The notes below the pieces were generated by a model. That model was not told the origin of the DNA and ran no database searches. It worked only from the letters and a program-made list of their open reading frames with translations. This document shows, in pieces, positions 1-8,423 of a stretch of 54,001 nucleotides of DNA. A program made the position numbers and the translations under genes. Source of the stretch: an uncultured Pseudomonadales bacterium (lineage in GTDB: Bacteria; Patescibacteriota; Microgenomatia; UBA1400; PJMF01); the NCBI GenBank assembly GCA_964447075.1, contig CAYUQY010000005.1:1-54001 (forward strand), read 5' to 3'. The stretch's first letter is position 1; every line of letters begins with the position of its first letter.

Positions 1-176
1 ATTTAGGACTATTGAAATAATTTTTGCTGTCACCACATGGAGTTTTTTGGTAGCCCCGTCAAGCCACTGCGCGACAATAGACGGGTCTATCAGAACTTTT
101 CGATACTTGCGGACTTGTCGAGACCGTTTTGTAACGGTATCCGGTATCATCGTATCGCGGACTTGTCCGACTCTTG

Positions 177-261
177 CGGAAGTGGTGGGATTCGAACCCA
201 CGGGGCCCTTGCGAGCTCACGCTTTCCAGGCGTGTGCAATAAACCACTATGCGACACTTCC
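177..261 (-). tRNA. tRNA-Ser(GGA)
   Basis: Reverse complement folds: acceptor GGAAGTG/CACTTCC, discriminator G, anticodon arm CACGC-CT GGA AA-GCGTG, long variable arm, T-loop TTCGAAT; CCA not encoded. Confidence 0.96.
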
Positions 262-321
262 TTAATTAACAGAGATGAAATTGTATCACCCCAATCACTT
301 AATCTTGATCTGGATTTCTGC

Positions 322-477
322 GGAGATCCATCGCCCTCTAGGGATGATCTTCCCTGGACTGATAGAGTGAGTGGGTCGTGCGACTTACTAGGACTGAAAC
401 TGGTAGACCATTTGATAGAAGCAGGTGATAAACACTACTCACTCAAAGAACAAGGAGATCTCAGACGGTCGTCGTAA
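322..477 (+). pseudogene. RadC/JAB C-terminal remnant
   Basis: Translates GDPSPSRDDLPWTDRVSGSCDLLGLKLVDHLIEAGDKHYSLKEQG, colinear with the C-terminus of the intact RadC at 2259-2957 (GDPSPSSDDLVWTKRVVESCALLGLELVDHIVVARDQHYSFKEHG); the N-terminal three quarters are missing. Confidence 0.85.
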
Positions 478-478
478 T

Positions 479-637
479 CTATCGAGACATAACGACCTTT
501 ATAAAAACACGAACGGTGGGTGACCAGACACCGCGTGAGTCCTGAACAGAGAAGTCGGCAGTGAAGTTACCACGCTTGGGAAGGAAGTTGTAACACTTGA
601 TTGGTAGAAAGTACCCACACCACCCGAAAACTCCAAC
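479..637 (-). pseudogene. Frameshifted PKD-domain remnant
   Basis: Minus strand with two frameshifts gives WSF/SGGVGTFYQSSVTTSF/KRGNFTADFSVQDSRGVWSPTVRVFIKVVMSR*, matching the C-terminal PKD domain of the 3469-4659 protein (WKFSDGVTSTQSSLSKSFNRRGNFTADFTVTDSRGVTSAPVRVFIKVQRAR*). Confidence 0.85.
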
Positions 638-639
638 TT

Positions 640-1818
640 CTAATTAATTGTAATATTGACTGATTGAGTGACGGTGTTGCCTGATGGGTCAGATGCTGTT
701 GCTGAGACTGAATGAGTCCCACGATTGTTAATTTTAAATCTGCAGCTATAACTTGATGTAGTATCAGTGCACTTTAGTGAGCCATCTACATAGAACTTGA
801 CAGAGCTGACAGCTATATTATCGGAAGCCGTAGCTTTAGCTGTTATTTGTGTGCGCGCGGGATAAGTTCCACCATTTACCGGGTAGGTAAGACTTAAGGT
901 GGGCTGGGTTTGATCAACTGGACTTGGACTAGGACTCGGTGATGGTGAAGGTGAAGGACTCGGAAGTGGCGATGGACTTGGTGATGGCGATGGACTCGGT
1001 GATGGCGATGGACTCGGTGATGGCAACACAGAGGCTATCGGAGATGGACTTGGAGATGGACTTGGGGATGAGCTTGATGGAGCGACAAGACTAAGAGTAA
1101 CTGCATCTACTGTCTTCAAGATGTCTGCAGGAGGCTGGCTTCTAGAACTCGTTACCTTGGAAGACTGAGAGAATGTGTAAGTCAAAGTACCAGCAGTGTG
1201 AGGGTAGAAGCGAATATTCATGAACTGGGCAGCATCTGTGGCCTGAAATCTTTCACCTGGTGCAGCAGCAGATACAATAACTTTAATCCTGACACCATGT
1301 TCCATCGGCTCGATGACTCGCGATAGAATCTTAAGCTGCGTATTATTGACATTGATAGGAGACAGCTCAATCCTTCTGTTGTCTGATGAAGCTGTGGTTT
1401 GATCAAATAATAGTGCCGGAAAATTAGCTGTGTTCACACCCAGTATTGTAAACTCAAGCTGTGCCCCATCCACGAGCACCTGGTTAGTGTCAATAGCGAG
1501 AGCTAAGTTATATGGCTGATCGAGAGCAACACTGGCACCATTCTGAGAACTAGAGATAACGACTGTCCCGCCACCTGTAGAAGCTTGGTTTCTAGGATCT
1601 AAGTTCTGACCTGGCAGACCATAGGCTACATAGAGACCACTCACGCCGACAAACAAGACTGCAGCCATGCCTAACCACTGGAGGAGACCAACCTTTTTAA
1701 ACATTTGCCCGTGTCTAGTAAATTTGTCAGTAGAAACAGCCATGCTGGAAGCATTTTCGTTCAACTCTTCGCGTGGTTGTGTAGCCTCTGGTGTGTCTTG
1801 CATAGAGTTGTGTTTCAA
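640..1818 (-). CDS. Membrane-anchored cohesin-like protein with Ser/Pro linker and C-terminal bacterial Ig-like domain
   Basis: 392-aa ORF: one N-terminal TM helix, beta-rich cohesin-like segment (VDGAQLEF...IRFYPHTAG...SSKVT...DILKTV), (SP)n linker, Ig-like end (ASDNIAVSSVKFYVDG...ATASDPSGN). Paralog of 3469-4659. Confidence 0.8.
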   Translation of the reverse strand: MKHNSMQDTPEATQPREELNENASSMAVSTDKFTRHGQMFKKVGLLQWLGMAAVLFVGVSGLYVAYGLPGQNLDPRNQASTGGGTVVISSSQNGASVALDQPYNLALAIDTNQVLVDGAQLEFTILGVNTANFPALLFDQTTASSDNRRIELSPINVNNTQLKILSRVIEPMEHGVRIKVIVSAAAPGERFQATDAAQFMNIRFYPHTAGTLTYTFSQSSKVTSSRSQPPADILKTVDAVTLSLVAPSSSSPSPSPSPSPIASVLPSPSPSPSPSPSPSPSPSPLPSPSPSPSPSPSPSPVDQTQPTLSLTYPVNGGTYPARTQITAKATASDNIAVSSVKFYVDGSLKCTDTTSSYSCRFKINNRGTHSVSATASDPSGNTVTQSVNITIN

Positions 1819-1865
1819 AATGTAAATTTAGTAAAAAAAACAGCGATCAACCCTAATATGTCTGA

Positions 1866-1993
1866 CTAAAGCAAGTACTAAGATATGAATAGTCTAAAAT
1901 ATCAACATAGCCATATCCACATCATTGTCCTCATCTATATCAGCCACTAAGCAAGTTGAAGGAGAAGGTAAGGCAGAGGAGTGTTTCTCTCAT
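1866..1993 (-). pseudogene. Internally deleted remnant of the DUF4832-dockerin gene
   Basis: Three pieces in different frames (MRETLLC; PSPSTCLVADIDEDNDVD; GYVDILDYSYLST) match the start, first dockerin loop and second dockerin loop of the 4663-6414 protein. Confidence 0.8.
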
Positions 1994-2051
1994 GTGAGGT
2001 GTTAAGAGTAGCACCTTTTTGAACAGTGATTCAAGCGGTAGTTTACATTTG

Positions 2052-2135
2052 CGGAAGCTGTGGGAATCGCACCCACGTACCTCTTGCGAGCTCACGCTTT
2101 CTAGGCGTGTACAGTAAACACTATGCGACACTTCC
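2052..2135 (-). pseudogene. Chimeric degenerate tRNA-Ser (anticodon reads AGA)
   Basis: The 5' half matches tRNA-Ser(GGA) at 177-261; the 3' half and downstream flank match tRNA-Ser(CGA) at 6473-6559. Lesions: T-loop TGCGATT, single G in the D-loop, G7xA acceptor mismatch. Confidence 0.85.
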
Positions 2136-2258
2136 TTTATATCTGTGCCTGGAACTGCACCATTGGTTCTAGCATTAGTAAGCAGGAGCGTAACTACCCT
2201 GGGCAATCACAAATTTGCAATCTATTTTAAATAATTCTTTGTTAAGATCAGAAAATAA

Positions 2259-2957
2259 ATGCAGTCAATCCTAGTAAATAGATCTACCCTACCAACTACA
2301 CTAACTACAGCCTTGCTAAGTACACAGCTCATGCCACGAGAGGTGATCCAACATCGCGGAGTAGAGTACTTGAGCACCCAGCAGTTGCTAGTACTTATTC
2401 TTGGTTCTGGCTCAAAGAAGGCTCCTGTCAAAAAACTAGCTCAACTTGTCCATCAGAAGCTCTCCCTGCGACAGAGTCAGCTATCTCTCACAGACTTACT
2501 CACTATAAGGGGGATGGGTCTAGCCAAGTCCTGTCAGATCTTGGCGGCCTTGGAGCTGGTCGAACGGCTTCGACCTAGAGACTTGCCTTTGATCTCCAAC
2601 AAAAATGAAGCTCTTGCTCAACTTGAAATGCTTAAGCACTGCCCACAAGAAAGGCTTATCTGCCTCTATCTCAACGCTCGTCATCAGCTTGTTCACCATG
2701 AAGTCGTAGCTGTGGGTAGTCTCAACCAACTAGTTCTTCAACCCTGTGACATTTTCAGACCTATCAAGTCACTACCCATTATGTATCTCATCCTCGCCCA
2801 CTCTCACCCCAGTGGCGACCCATCACCTTCAAGCGATGATCTAGTCTGGACTAAGAGAGTAGTTGAGTCTTGTGCTTTATTAGGTCTTGAGCTGGTTGAT
2901 CACATTGTTGTGGCCAGAGACCAACACTACTCCTTCAAAGAGCATGGTGAGATTTGA
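2259..2957 (+). CDS. radC: RadC/JAB-domain protein
   Basis: HhH-like IRGMGLAKSCQILAALEL, ERLICLYLNARHQL, JAB motif HSHPSGDPSPSSDD, LVDHIVV. Confidence 0.93.
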   Translation: MQSILVNRSTLPTTLTTALLSTQLMPREVIQHRGVEYLSTQQLLVLILGSGSKKAPVKKLAQLVHQKLSLRQSQLSLTDLLTIRGMGLAKSCQILAALELVERLRPRDLPLISNKNEALAQLEMLKHCPQERLICLYLNARHQLVHHEVVAVGSLNQLVLQPCDIFRPIKSLPIMYLILAHSHPSGDPSPSSDDLVWTKRVVESCALLGLELVDHIVVARDQHYSFKEHGEI

Positions 2958-3048
2958 AGTAAATGCTTATCGAAGTAAGGATTTAGTCAAGGTGAGATGT
3001 AAGCTTAGTTAATATTCTAGCCTGTAAGGTCCTACTCAAATTCATGTG

Positions 3049-3354
3049 TTAATCTAGATGAGATGTGTCCTCAACTATCTGAGACACAAGGGTCTTGAGC
3101 ACTTTCAGCTCTTCTTCCAGCTGAGATATTTTATCAACCACCAAGGCCACTTTTTCACCTGTGAATAAAGCAACGGAAACATTCAGTGTCTGTGCTAGAT
3201 CTCCAAGCTGTGCTCTGCTGGGTTGTATCTTGCCTGTCTCGAAGGCAGAGATGAGCTGTGGAGAGACTCCGATCTTACTAGCCAACTCTGACTGAGTTAT
3301 AGCCTGAGCTAAGCGGGTTTTTTTCAGGAGCTTATGAAGTGAAGGCATGCGCAA
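3049..3354 (-). CDS. XRE-family HTH transcriptional regulator
   Basis: ITQSELASKIGVSPQLISAFETGKIQPS is a typical HTH_3 pattern; short coiled-coil tail. The start may be the second Met. Confidence 0.88.
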   Translation of the reverse strand: MRMPSLHKLLKKTRLAQAITQSELASKIGVSPQLISAFETGKIQPSRAQLGDLAQTLNVSVALFTGEKVALVVDKISQLEEELKVLKTLVSQIVEDTSHLD

Positions 3355-3468
3355 GGCTGATTGGTAACAAAGCTGGTATTGTAATCACAAATCTATATTA
3401 CGAAGTAAGCTAGATTGCAAATCAGACATTCATTTTGCGACTGCTTTATAAAAAAGACTCGAAGTAAA

Positions 3469-4659
3469 TTATCTAGCTCTCTGGACTTTGATGAACACTC
3501 TGACAGGAGCAGAAGTAACACCTCTAGAGTCAGTCACAGTAAAGTCAGCTGTAAAGTTACCTCTTCTATTGAATGACTTACTCAGGCTGGACTGGGTGCT
3601 CGTAACCCCATCTGAAAACTTCCAGCGGTAACTAAAGCCAGTTGTGCCTCCCTGAGCATCGCGTCCCATACCTGTAAGAGTAGCCGCTTGATTATCATTG
3701 AGTGTAATATGGGTTGTTAGAGGCGAAGTAACGATAGCTATAGGTAGATTGAGCGGTGAGGGACTTGGAGATGGTGAAGGCATAGGGGTCGGAGATGGCG
3801 AAGAGCTTGGTGAGGAGCTAGGCGAAGCGGATGGAGAGGCTGATGGTGAAGGCATAGGAGTCGGAGATGGCGATGGTGAAGAGCTTGGCGTAGGCGAAAC
3901 AAGTGTTAGCTGCATCTGCCCAACTGTCTTCAAGATATCAAGAGGTTGGGGGTTGTCTAGAAATCTCTTCTGCGTGACTTTGGAAGACGTTGGATTAAAA
4001 CTGAACATAAGCTTGCCAGGAGTGTGGGCTGTAAAGCGAATTTTTAAAAACTGTAAGTTGCTGTTACTGGAAAAGGCTCTCAGTGATAGATCTGGAACTA
4101 TTGCAGCCCGGACATTCACGCCATTGGTGATGTTGCTTATGGCTGCAGTTTGAGCTGGAAGAATAGATAACTGTCCACCGTTAACGCTCAGAGGAATAAG
4201 AGAGACGCTGGCTTGGTCAAATAGAAGAGCTGGATTGTTGCTCGTATTCACTCCTTGAATAGTAAAATCCAACTGTACGCCATCTACTGGGATTGTGTAG
4301 GTATTGATAGCTAAAGTAAATTCATATGGCTGATTGATGGTAGTAGTAGCCAAGTGTTGAGGACTAGTGATAATTACTGTACCTGTACCACTTGAGGCTT
4401 GATTGCGACCATCTAGATTCTGAGAGGGTAAGCCATATGTAACGTACAGTGAAGAGGCACCTATTACCAAAACTAAAATGAGCATCAGCCACTGGCTAGA
4501 ATTACCTGAGTTCTTTAGACCATGTTTATGAGAAGAACTCGAGCTTGACGGGGAGCAGTAAAGTGATTGATCAGCTGTGACATCAGCATCACTACTTACC
4601 TCATATGAAGAAGATGATATGTCGTCTGCTCGCTCGTCTGATAATTTATGATTAGTCAT
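3469..4659 (-). CDS. Membrane-anchored cohesin-like protein with Ser/Pro linker and C-terminal PKD domain
   Basis: 396-aa ORF: TM helix, cohesin-like beta domain (VDGVQLDF...LKIRFTAHTPG...SSKVT...DILKTV), SP linker, PKD motif (YRWKFSDG...GNFTADFTVTDSRG). Confidence 0.8.
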   Translation of the reverse strand: MTNHKLSDERADDISSSSYEVSSDADVTADQSLYCSPSSSSSSHKHGLKNSGNSSQWLMLILVLVIGASSLYVTYGLPSQNLDGRNQASSGTGTVIITSPQHLATTTINQPYEFTLAINTYTIPVDGVQLDFTIQGVNTSNNPALLFDQASVSLIPLSVNGGQLSILPAQTAAISNITNGVNVRAAIVPDLSLRAFSSNSNLQFLKIRFTAHTPGKLMFSFNPTSSKVTQKRFLDNPQPLDILKTVGQMQLTLVSPTPSSSPSPSPTPMPSPSASPSASPSSSPSSSPSPTPMPSPSPSPSPLNLPIAIVTSPLTTHITLNDNQAATLTGMGRDAQGGTTGFSYRWKFSDGVTSTQSSLSKSFNRRGNFTADFTVTDSRGVTSAPVRVFIKVQRAR

Positions 4660-4662
4660 TAT

Positions 4663-6414
4663 TTATAGTAAACAACTCTGTTCATAATGAGTACTTAAGA
4701 AAGAATAGTCAAGTATGTCTACGTATCCATCTCTCACTGCTGGAGCTAAATCTGCTCTGGGTGGGGTGGGTGTAGTAAAAAGTGTAGCAACTAATATGTT
4801 GTAATCAAGAACATCTACCACATTGTCTTGATTGATATCAGCCACTGAGCAACTAGACGGAGGGGCGGAAGGTGAGGCGCTAGGAGAAGCACTGGGACTG
4901 GCAGATGGAGAAGCTGAGGGACTAGCTGAAGGTGAAGCGCTCGGAGTAGGTGTAGGAGAACCTGCGGCAGTAATCTCGAAGCTCTCTAAAATTTTGTTGT
5001 AACCTTTGACACCATCCCAAGCAAAGTTGTCTGCACTACCACTGCTCACATTGGCCAAGCGAACAGCATACTCAGGAATATTAGCCAATGCGGATGATCG
5101 GTCTGGCAGCCATAGAAAAACTCTGTACTGACCAGGGTCCAAAGCAGGAACACTAAAACTTAAGTTAACTGCCTTATTACCATCCTCTGGAAGCCAGGTG
5201 CGAGGGTCAGCTCCAGAAGTTTCAATTGGGTCTGAGTAAACTCCTGTTAATTTATTCTGCAAAACAACCTTTACTGGACGCTGATAGTACATAGGAGCGT
5301 AGCCAGAATTCTTGATAGTTAGCGGAAGAGTAAGAGCTGAGTTGGCAGCTGCGGTGGTAGGTAGATTAGAAGTGACTAAAGAGAAGCGGTAGCCCAGCTT
5401 ATTAACAAGAGTCGGCCAACATCCGCCATCCTTAAGCTTCATTATTGCCCTGGGCTGTCCAGAACTATCAAGTCCGTCAGGCCACACTCCATGCAGAGCA
5501 GTCCAGTGCATCTTGGACATCTTGTCATAGGCATTGTCACAAGTCACTTGATCTGAGTTTTGACAGAGCTCTCCAGTCATAGGCACATACTTGGTCTCAT
5601 TAGCTACGTAATCTTCTGTCTGTGTGTCAGTTTTTCCAACAATGTAGTATCCCTCCCATGACCTTGTAGCCATAAGACAGTCATTGTGAAAACTAGACTT
5701 AGAAAAATGAGACCCATTGAATGCCGTAGCTTGCGTGAGTGTTTGATCAGGAAAAAATTTGTTTCTTAAGGACGGGTACCTAAGTGCTACAAAGATAGGT
5801 TGAGTTGGATCTTGAAAAACATCCTCCATATAAGTATGCACTCCAAATAAGTCTATAAGATCTTGACCAGTAAGATCATTTCCATTGTCGCCACCATCTC
5901 CATTTGGATCTAGAGTTAAAAAATTATCTGAGTGATGCCACTCTCCATGCTCACCAACATATCCAGTGTATACTTGATAAATAATATCCTGGTTATTTAA
6001 TAGAATCTGTCTTAGAACATCAATATGCCTCTTAATCCTTATTGCAGATGCATCAGCGCTACTGGATCCGTACTTAACAATTACGATTGCCTTTAAGTTA
6101 GCGGCTCGAACTGCTGCCAGGTGTGTTGAAAGAGAATCAGTATATGTCGAAGTAATTGAATCAGAGCTGTTGGGAATGACAATGCCCACTCGCACCATAG
6201 TGGATGGAGTAGATGCGTGCGTCCTAACACCTGAGTAACTAGGGCTATCGTTAATTAGATTTTTGACGTGAAAAGTCCCTCTCTCAGGATTCAAGATGTT
6301 AGTAGTGAGGTCTTCCACATATGTTGTGTTTGCAGTCTGCGACCTAGCAGCTGGCGGCATGGCCAAACCAACCACAACGAATAAAGAAAGCAAGCCGAGG
6401 AGTGTTTTTTTCAT
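4663..6414 (-). CDS. Secreted DUF4874/DUF4832-type putative glycoside hydrolase with C-terminal dockerin
   Basis: Signal peptide from MKKTLL (ATG at 6414); motifs LNPERG, GEHGEWH, FHNDC, GELC, LGYRF; SPSA linker; two Ca-loop repeats ADINQDNVVDVLDY and DGYVDILDY. Confidence 0.8.
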   Translation of the reverse strand: MKKTLLGLLSLFVVVGLAMPPAARSQTANTTYVEDLTTNILNPERGTFHVKNLINDSPSYSGVRTHASTPSTMVRVGIVIPNSSDSITSTYTDSLSTHLAAVRAANLKAIVIVKYGSSSADASAIRIKRHIDVLRQILLNNQDIIYQVYTGYVGEHGEWHHSDNFLTLDPNGDGGDNGNDLTGQDLIDLFGVHTYMEDVFQDPTQPIFVALRYPSLRNKFFPDQTLTQATAFNGSHFSKSSFHNDCLMATRSWEGYYIVGKTDTQTEDYVANETKYVPMTGELCQNSDQVTCDNAYDKMSKMHWTALHGVWPDGLDSSGQPRAIMKLKDGGCWPTLVNKLGYRFSLVTSNLPTTAAANSALTLPLTIKNSGYAPMYYQRPVKVVLQNKLTGVYSDPIETSGADPRTWLPEDGNKAVNLSFSVPALDPGQYRVFLWLPDRSSALANIPEYAVRLANVSSGSADNFAWDGVKGYNKILESFEITAAGSPTPTPSASPSASPSASPSASPSASPSASPSAPPSSCSVADINQDNVVDVLDYNILVATLFTTPTPPRADLAPAVRDGYVDILDYSFLSTHYEQSCLL

Positions 6415-6472
6415 GTGAGGTATTAATAGTAGCACCTTTTTTGCGCACCACACAATCGGTAGTTTACATTTG

Positions 6473-6559
6473 CGGAAGCGGTGGGAATCGAACCCACGTA
6501 CCCCTTGCGAGGTCCAAGGTTTTCGAGACCTGGCCGATAGGCCGCTCCGGCACGCTTCC
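6473..6559 (-). tRNA. tRNA-Ser(CGA)
   Basis: Acceptor GGAAGCG/CGCTTCC, anticodon loop CT CGA AA in stem AGGT/ACCT, long variable arm, T-arm GTGGG-TTCGATT-CCCAC. Confidence 0.94.
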
Positions 6560-6613
6560 TTGTGTTTGAGAGTTAATTATCTCACCAATTATCACATTTG
6601 GCCTCTCTACATC

Positions 6614-6642
6614 AAATAGCCGGCTGGGTAGCCGGCTATTTT
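6614..6642. terminator. Intrinsic terminator, possibly bidirectional
   Basis: Perfect hairpin AAATAGCCGGCT-GGGT-AGCCGGCTATTT, just downstream of the stop of the 6669 ORF. Confidence 0.7.
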
Positions 6643-6668
6643 AAATTACTTTTTAAAGTAGACTAGGA

Positions 6669-8276
6669 TTAGTAGTCTAAGGTACTACCCATATCTGGAG
6701 CAGTAGTATCGTCCTCAAAAGGAGCCTGAATACTCTGCACTCCCTTCTTAGCAGAACCAGTCTTCAGCTCATTACTGTACATAGAGGAGCTCTTCATACT
6801 CTCCATGTAGCCCCTCATGAGCTCTACTACATCCACAATGTTCTCTGTAGGCTCAACAAGTGGTGTGAACTTGCCGCGACTTTTCTCTTCGGAACTCATT
6901 TTAAAGGTCATACTCTCGAGCTTGAATTGACTCATGATCTGCTCACTAGTGGCACCACTCTTGCTAGCAGCGTAATCTATGAATTGCCTTAGGCTATCCT
7001 CAGTCACAGCCATGGTCATAGAACTACTGAGAACCGTGCCGTCTACTGGACTGACAGCTACTTTTACATCTTGCAGCTTCACGACTGCTATCAAGCGTCC
7101 AAACACCTCTTTCGTCTCAACCATTGACTCTGGGTTAGACTCTAGACTACTCATCATCTCGTTGAAGACCTCTTCAGAGTAGATGTCCTCGCACTTCACT
7201 GATGAGCTAGCGTACATACCTGTCTCATTACAGTAAGTTATGAGATCAGTACGATGATCTTTGAAAAGCTTTGGCAGTCCACCAGCGAAAGTCATCAATC
7301 TCTGGGACATCTCTTGAGTATTGATGTCCAGATCCATCATGACTGCGCTCTGGCCATTGACTGCACCACGAGTGTGATTGGTCACGGTCATGTACTCACT
7401 CATCTTGTCCAAGCCTGAAGTACCAGCCAATTTGTAGACATCGGGCTTGATGCTGTTGATGAATTTATTGAGAGCTGCTTCCATTGTCTCTAATGAAGCT
7501 ACTTGAGCACCTGGCTCACCACCAGAAAGCTCGTTGATCATTTTCATGTACTCATCAAGGTTGAGCTTGAGATACTTATCTAGGTAAGCCTCTGGGTCAA
7601 AAAGACTGTCCGCTCCACTCTCTATACCTGCTTGCTTCTGTGCAGCTAAGACTGGTCTTAATGTCTCCATAACCTGAGGAGATAGTGAGATCTTGAAGTA
7701 AGCTAGCTTCTTGCTAACCTGAAGCATATCTAAGTTAAAACCATCTTTGCCTAGGTCTACCTGCATAATACCGCTCTTAAATGACCCGCCAAATGTCAGA
7801 TTTTGCTTCACCTGCTCCATCTTGCCATCAACAGCGTAAGTAGAAGCAGAGTCCAAGTGGACAGTCACTGGCATCATCACTGGGCCTGACTGCCCTTCAT
7901 TAGAAGCCACTTCAGCCTTAAAATCAAATGCCGCTTGTGCTGAGTACTCTCGTCCACCTATTTGTTTTACGTAGTTAAGGTCGAACTCTCTGCCCAAACC
8001 CGTAGCAAGAAGTTCCAAAGGAGTAGGAGCAAGAGAGTTGAGAACTGGTACTTGCTCGATAGGTAGCCCAGCGAAAAACTTGGAGATAGGATTACCTTGA
8101 CCGATGTTTTTAGCTGCTAGAACTGTAGTGGCACCAAGGACGACTATGACACCAATTACCAAACCAAGTCCGGCAAACTTACCAGATGAACCTCTGGGAG
8201 AAGAGATTTGAGTCTGGGTGGGCATGGCGGCCATAGGGCTGGGCCTTGCGGCTCGATTGGTGGGAAGTGAGTTCAT
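6669..8276 (-). CDS. Membrane-anchored hypothetical protein
   Basis: Long ORF with one N-terminal TM helix; ATG at 8276 is preceded by GAGGG; no family recognised. Confidence 0.8.
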   Translation of the reverse strand: MNSLPTNRAARPSPMAAMPTQTQISSPRGSSGKFAGLGLVIGVIVVLGATTVLAAKNIGQGNPISKFFAGLPIEQVPVLNSLAPTPLELLATGLGREFDLNYVKQIGGREYSAQAAFDFKAEVASNEGQSGPVMMPVTVHLDSASTYAVDGKMEQVKQNLTFGGSFKSGIMQVDLGKDGFNLDMLQVSKKLAYFKISLSPQVMETLRPVLAAQKQAGIESGADSLFDPEAYLDKYLKLNLDEYMKMINELSGGEPGAQVASLETMEAALNKFINSIKPDVYKLAGTSGLDKMSEYMTVTNHTRGAVNGQSAVMMDLDINTQEMSQRLMTFAGGLPKLFKDHRTDLITYCNETGMYASSSVKCEDIYSEEVFNEMMSSLESNPESMVETKEVFGRLIAVVKLQDVKVAVSPVDGTVLSSSMTMAVTEDSLRQFIDYAASKSGATSEQIMSQFKLESMTFKMSSEEKSRGKFTPLVEPTENIVDVVELMRGYMESMKSSSMYSNELKTGSAKKGVQSIQAPFEDDTTAPDMGSTLDY

Positions 8277-8423
8277 ATTTCCTTCTTTAGTACTAGAATT
8301 AACTGATTGGGTGGCAGGCGTCATGGACAGATCCTTTCAAAAAACTATGTTCTTGCGCAACATTATATACTACAAAGAAATTGTGCGCCTATTTTAGAAA
8401 CAATTCAATCCTCAAACTCAACT

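Noticed and set aside
37-321. N-terminal parts of ORFs 37-477, 47-265 and 59-247
   Set aside because: They are translations across tRNA-Ser(GGA); only 322-477 has protein homology.
2052-2135. Functional tRNA-Ser(AGA)
   Set aside because: The T-loop, D-loop GG and acceptor stem all carry lesions.
1940-2206. 88-aa ORF
   Set aside because: It is a read-through of the pseudo-tRNA and the remnant gene start, not a real protein.
3698-4153. 151-aa Gly/Asp/Glu-rich ORF on the plus strand
   Set aside because: Antisense shadow of the Ser/Pro linker of 3469-4659.
860-5000. Ser/Pro linker repeats as DNA repeat elements, or as a reason for the nearby Ser tRNAs
   Set aside because: The codons are varied, so these are protein-level low-complexity regions; tRNAs act in trans, so proximity gives no translational advantage.
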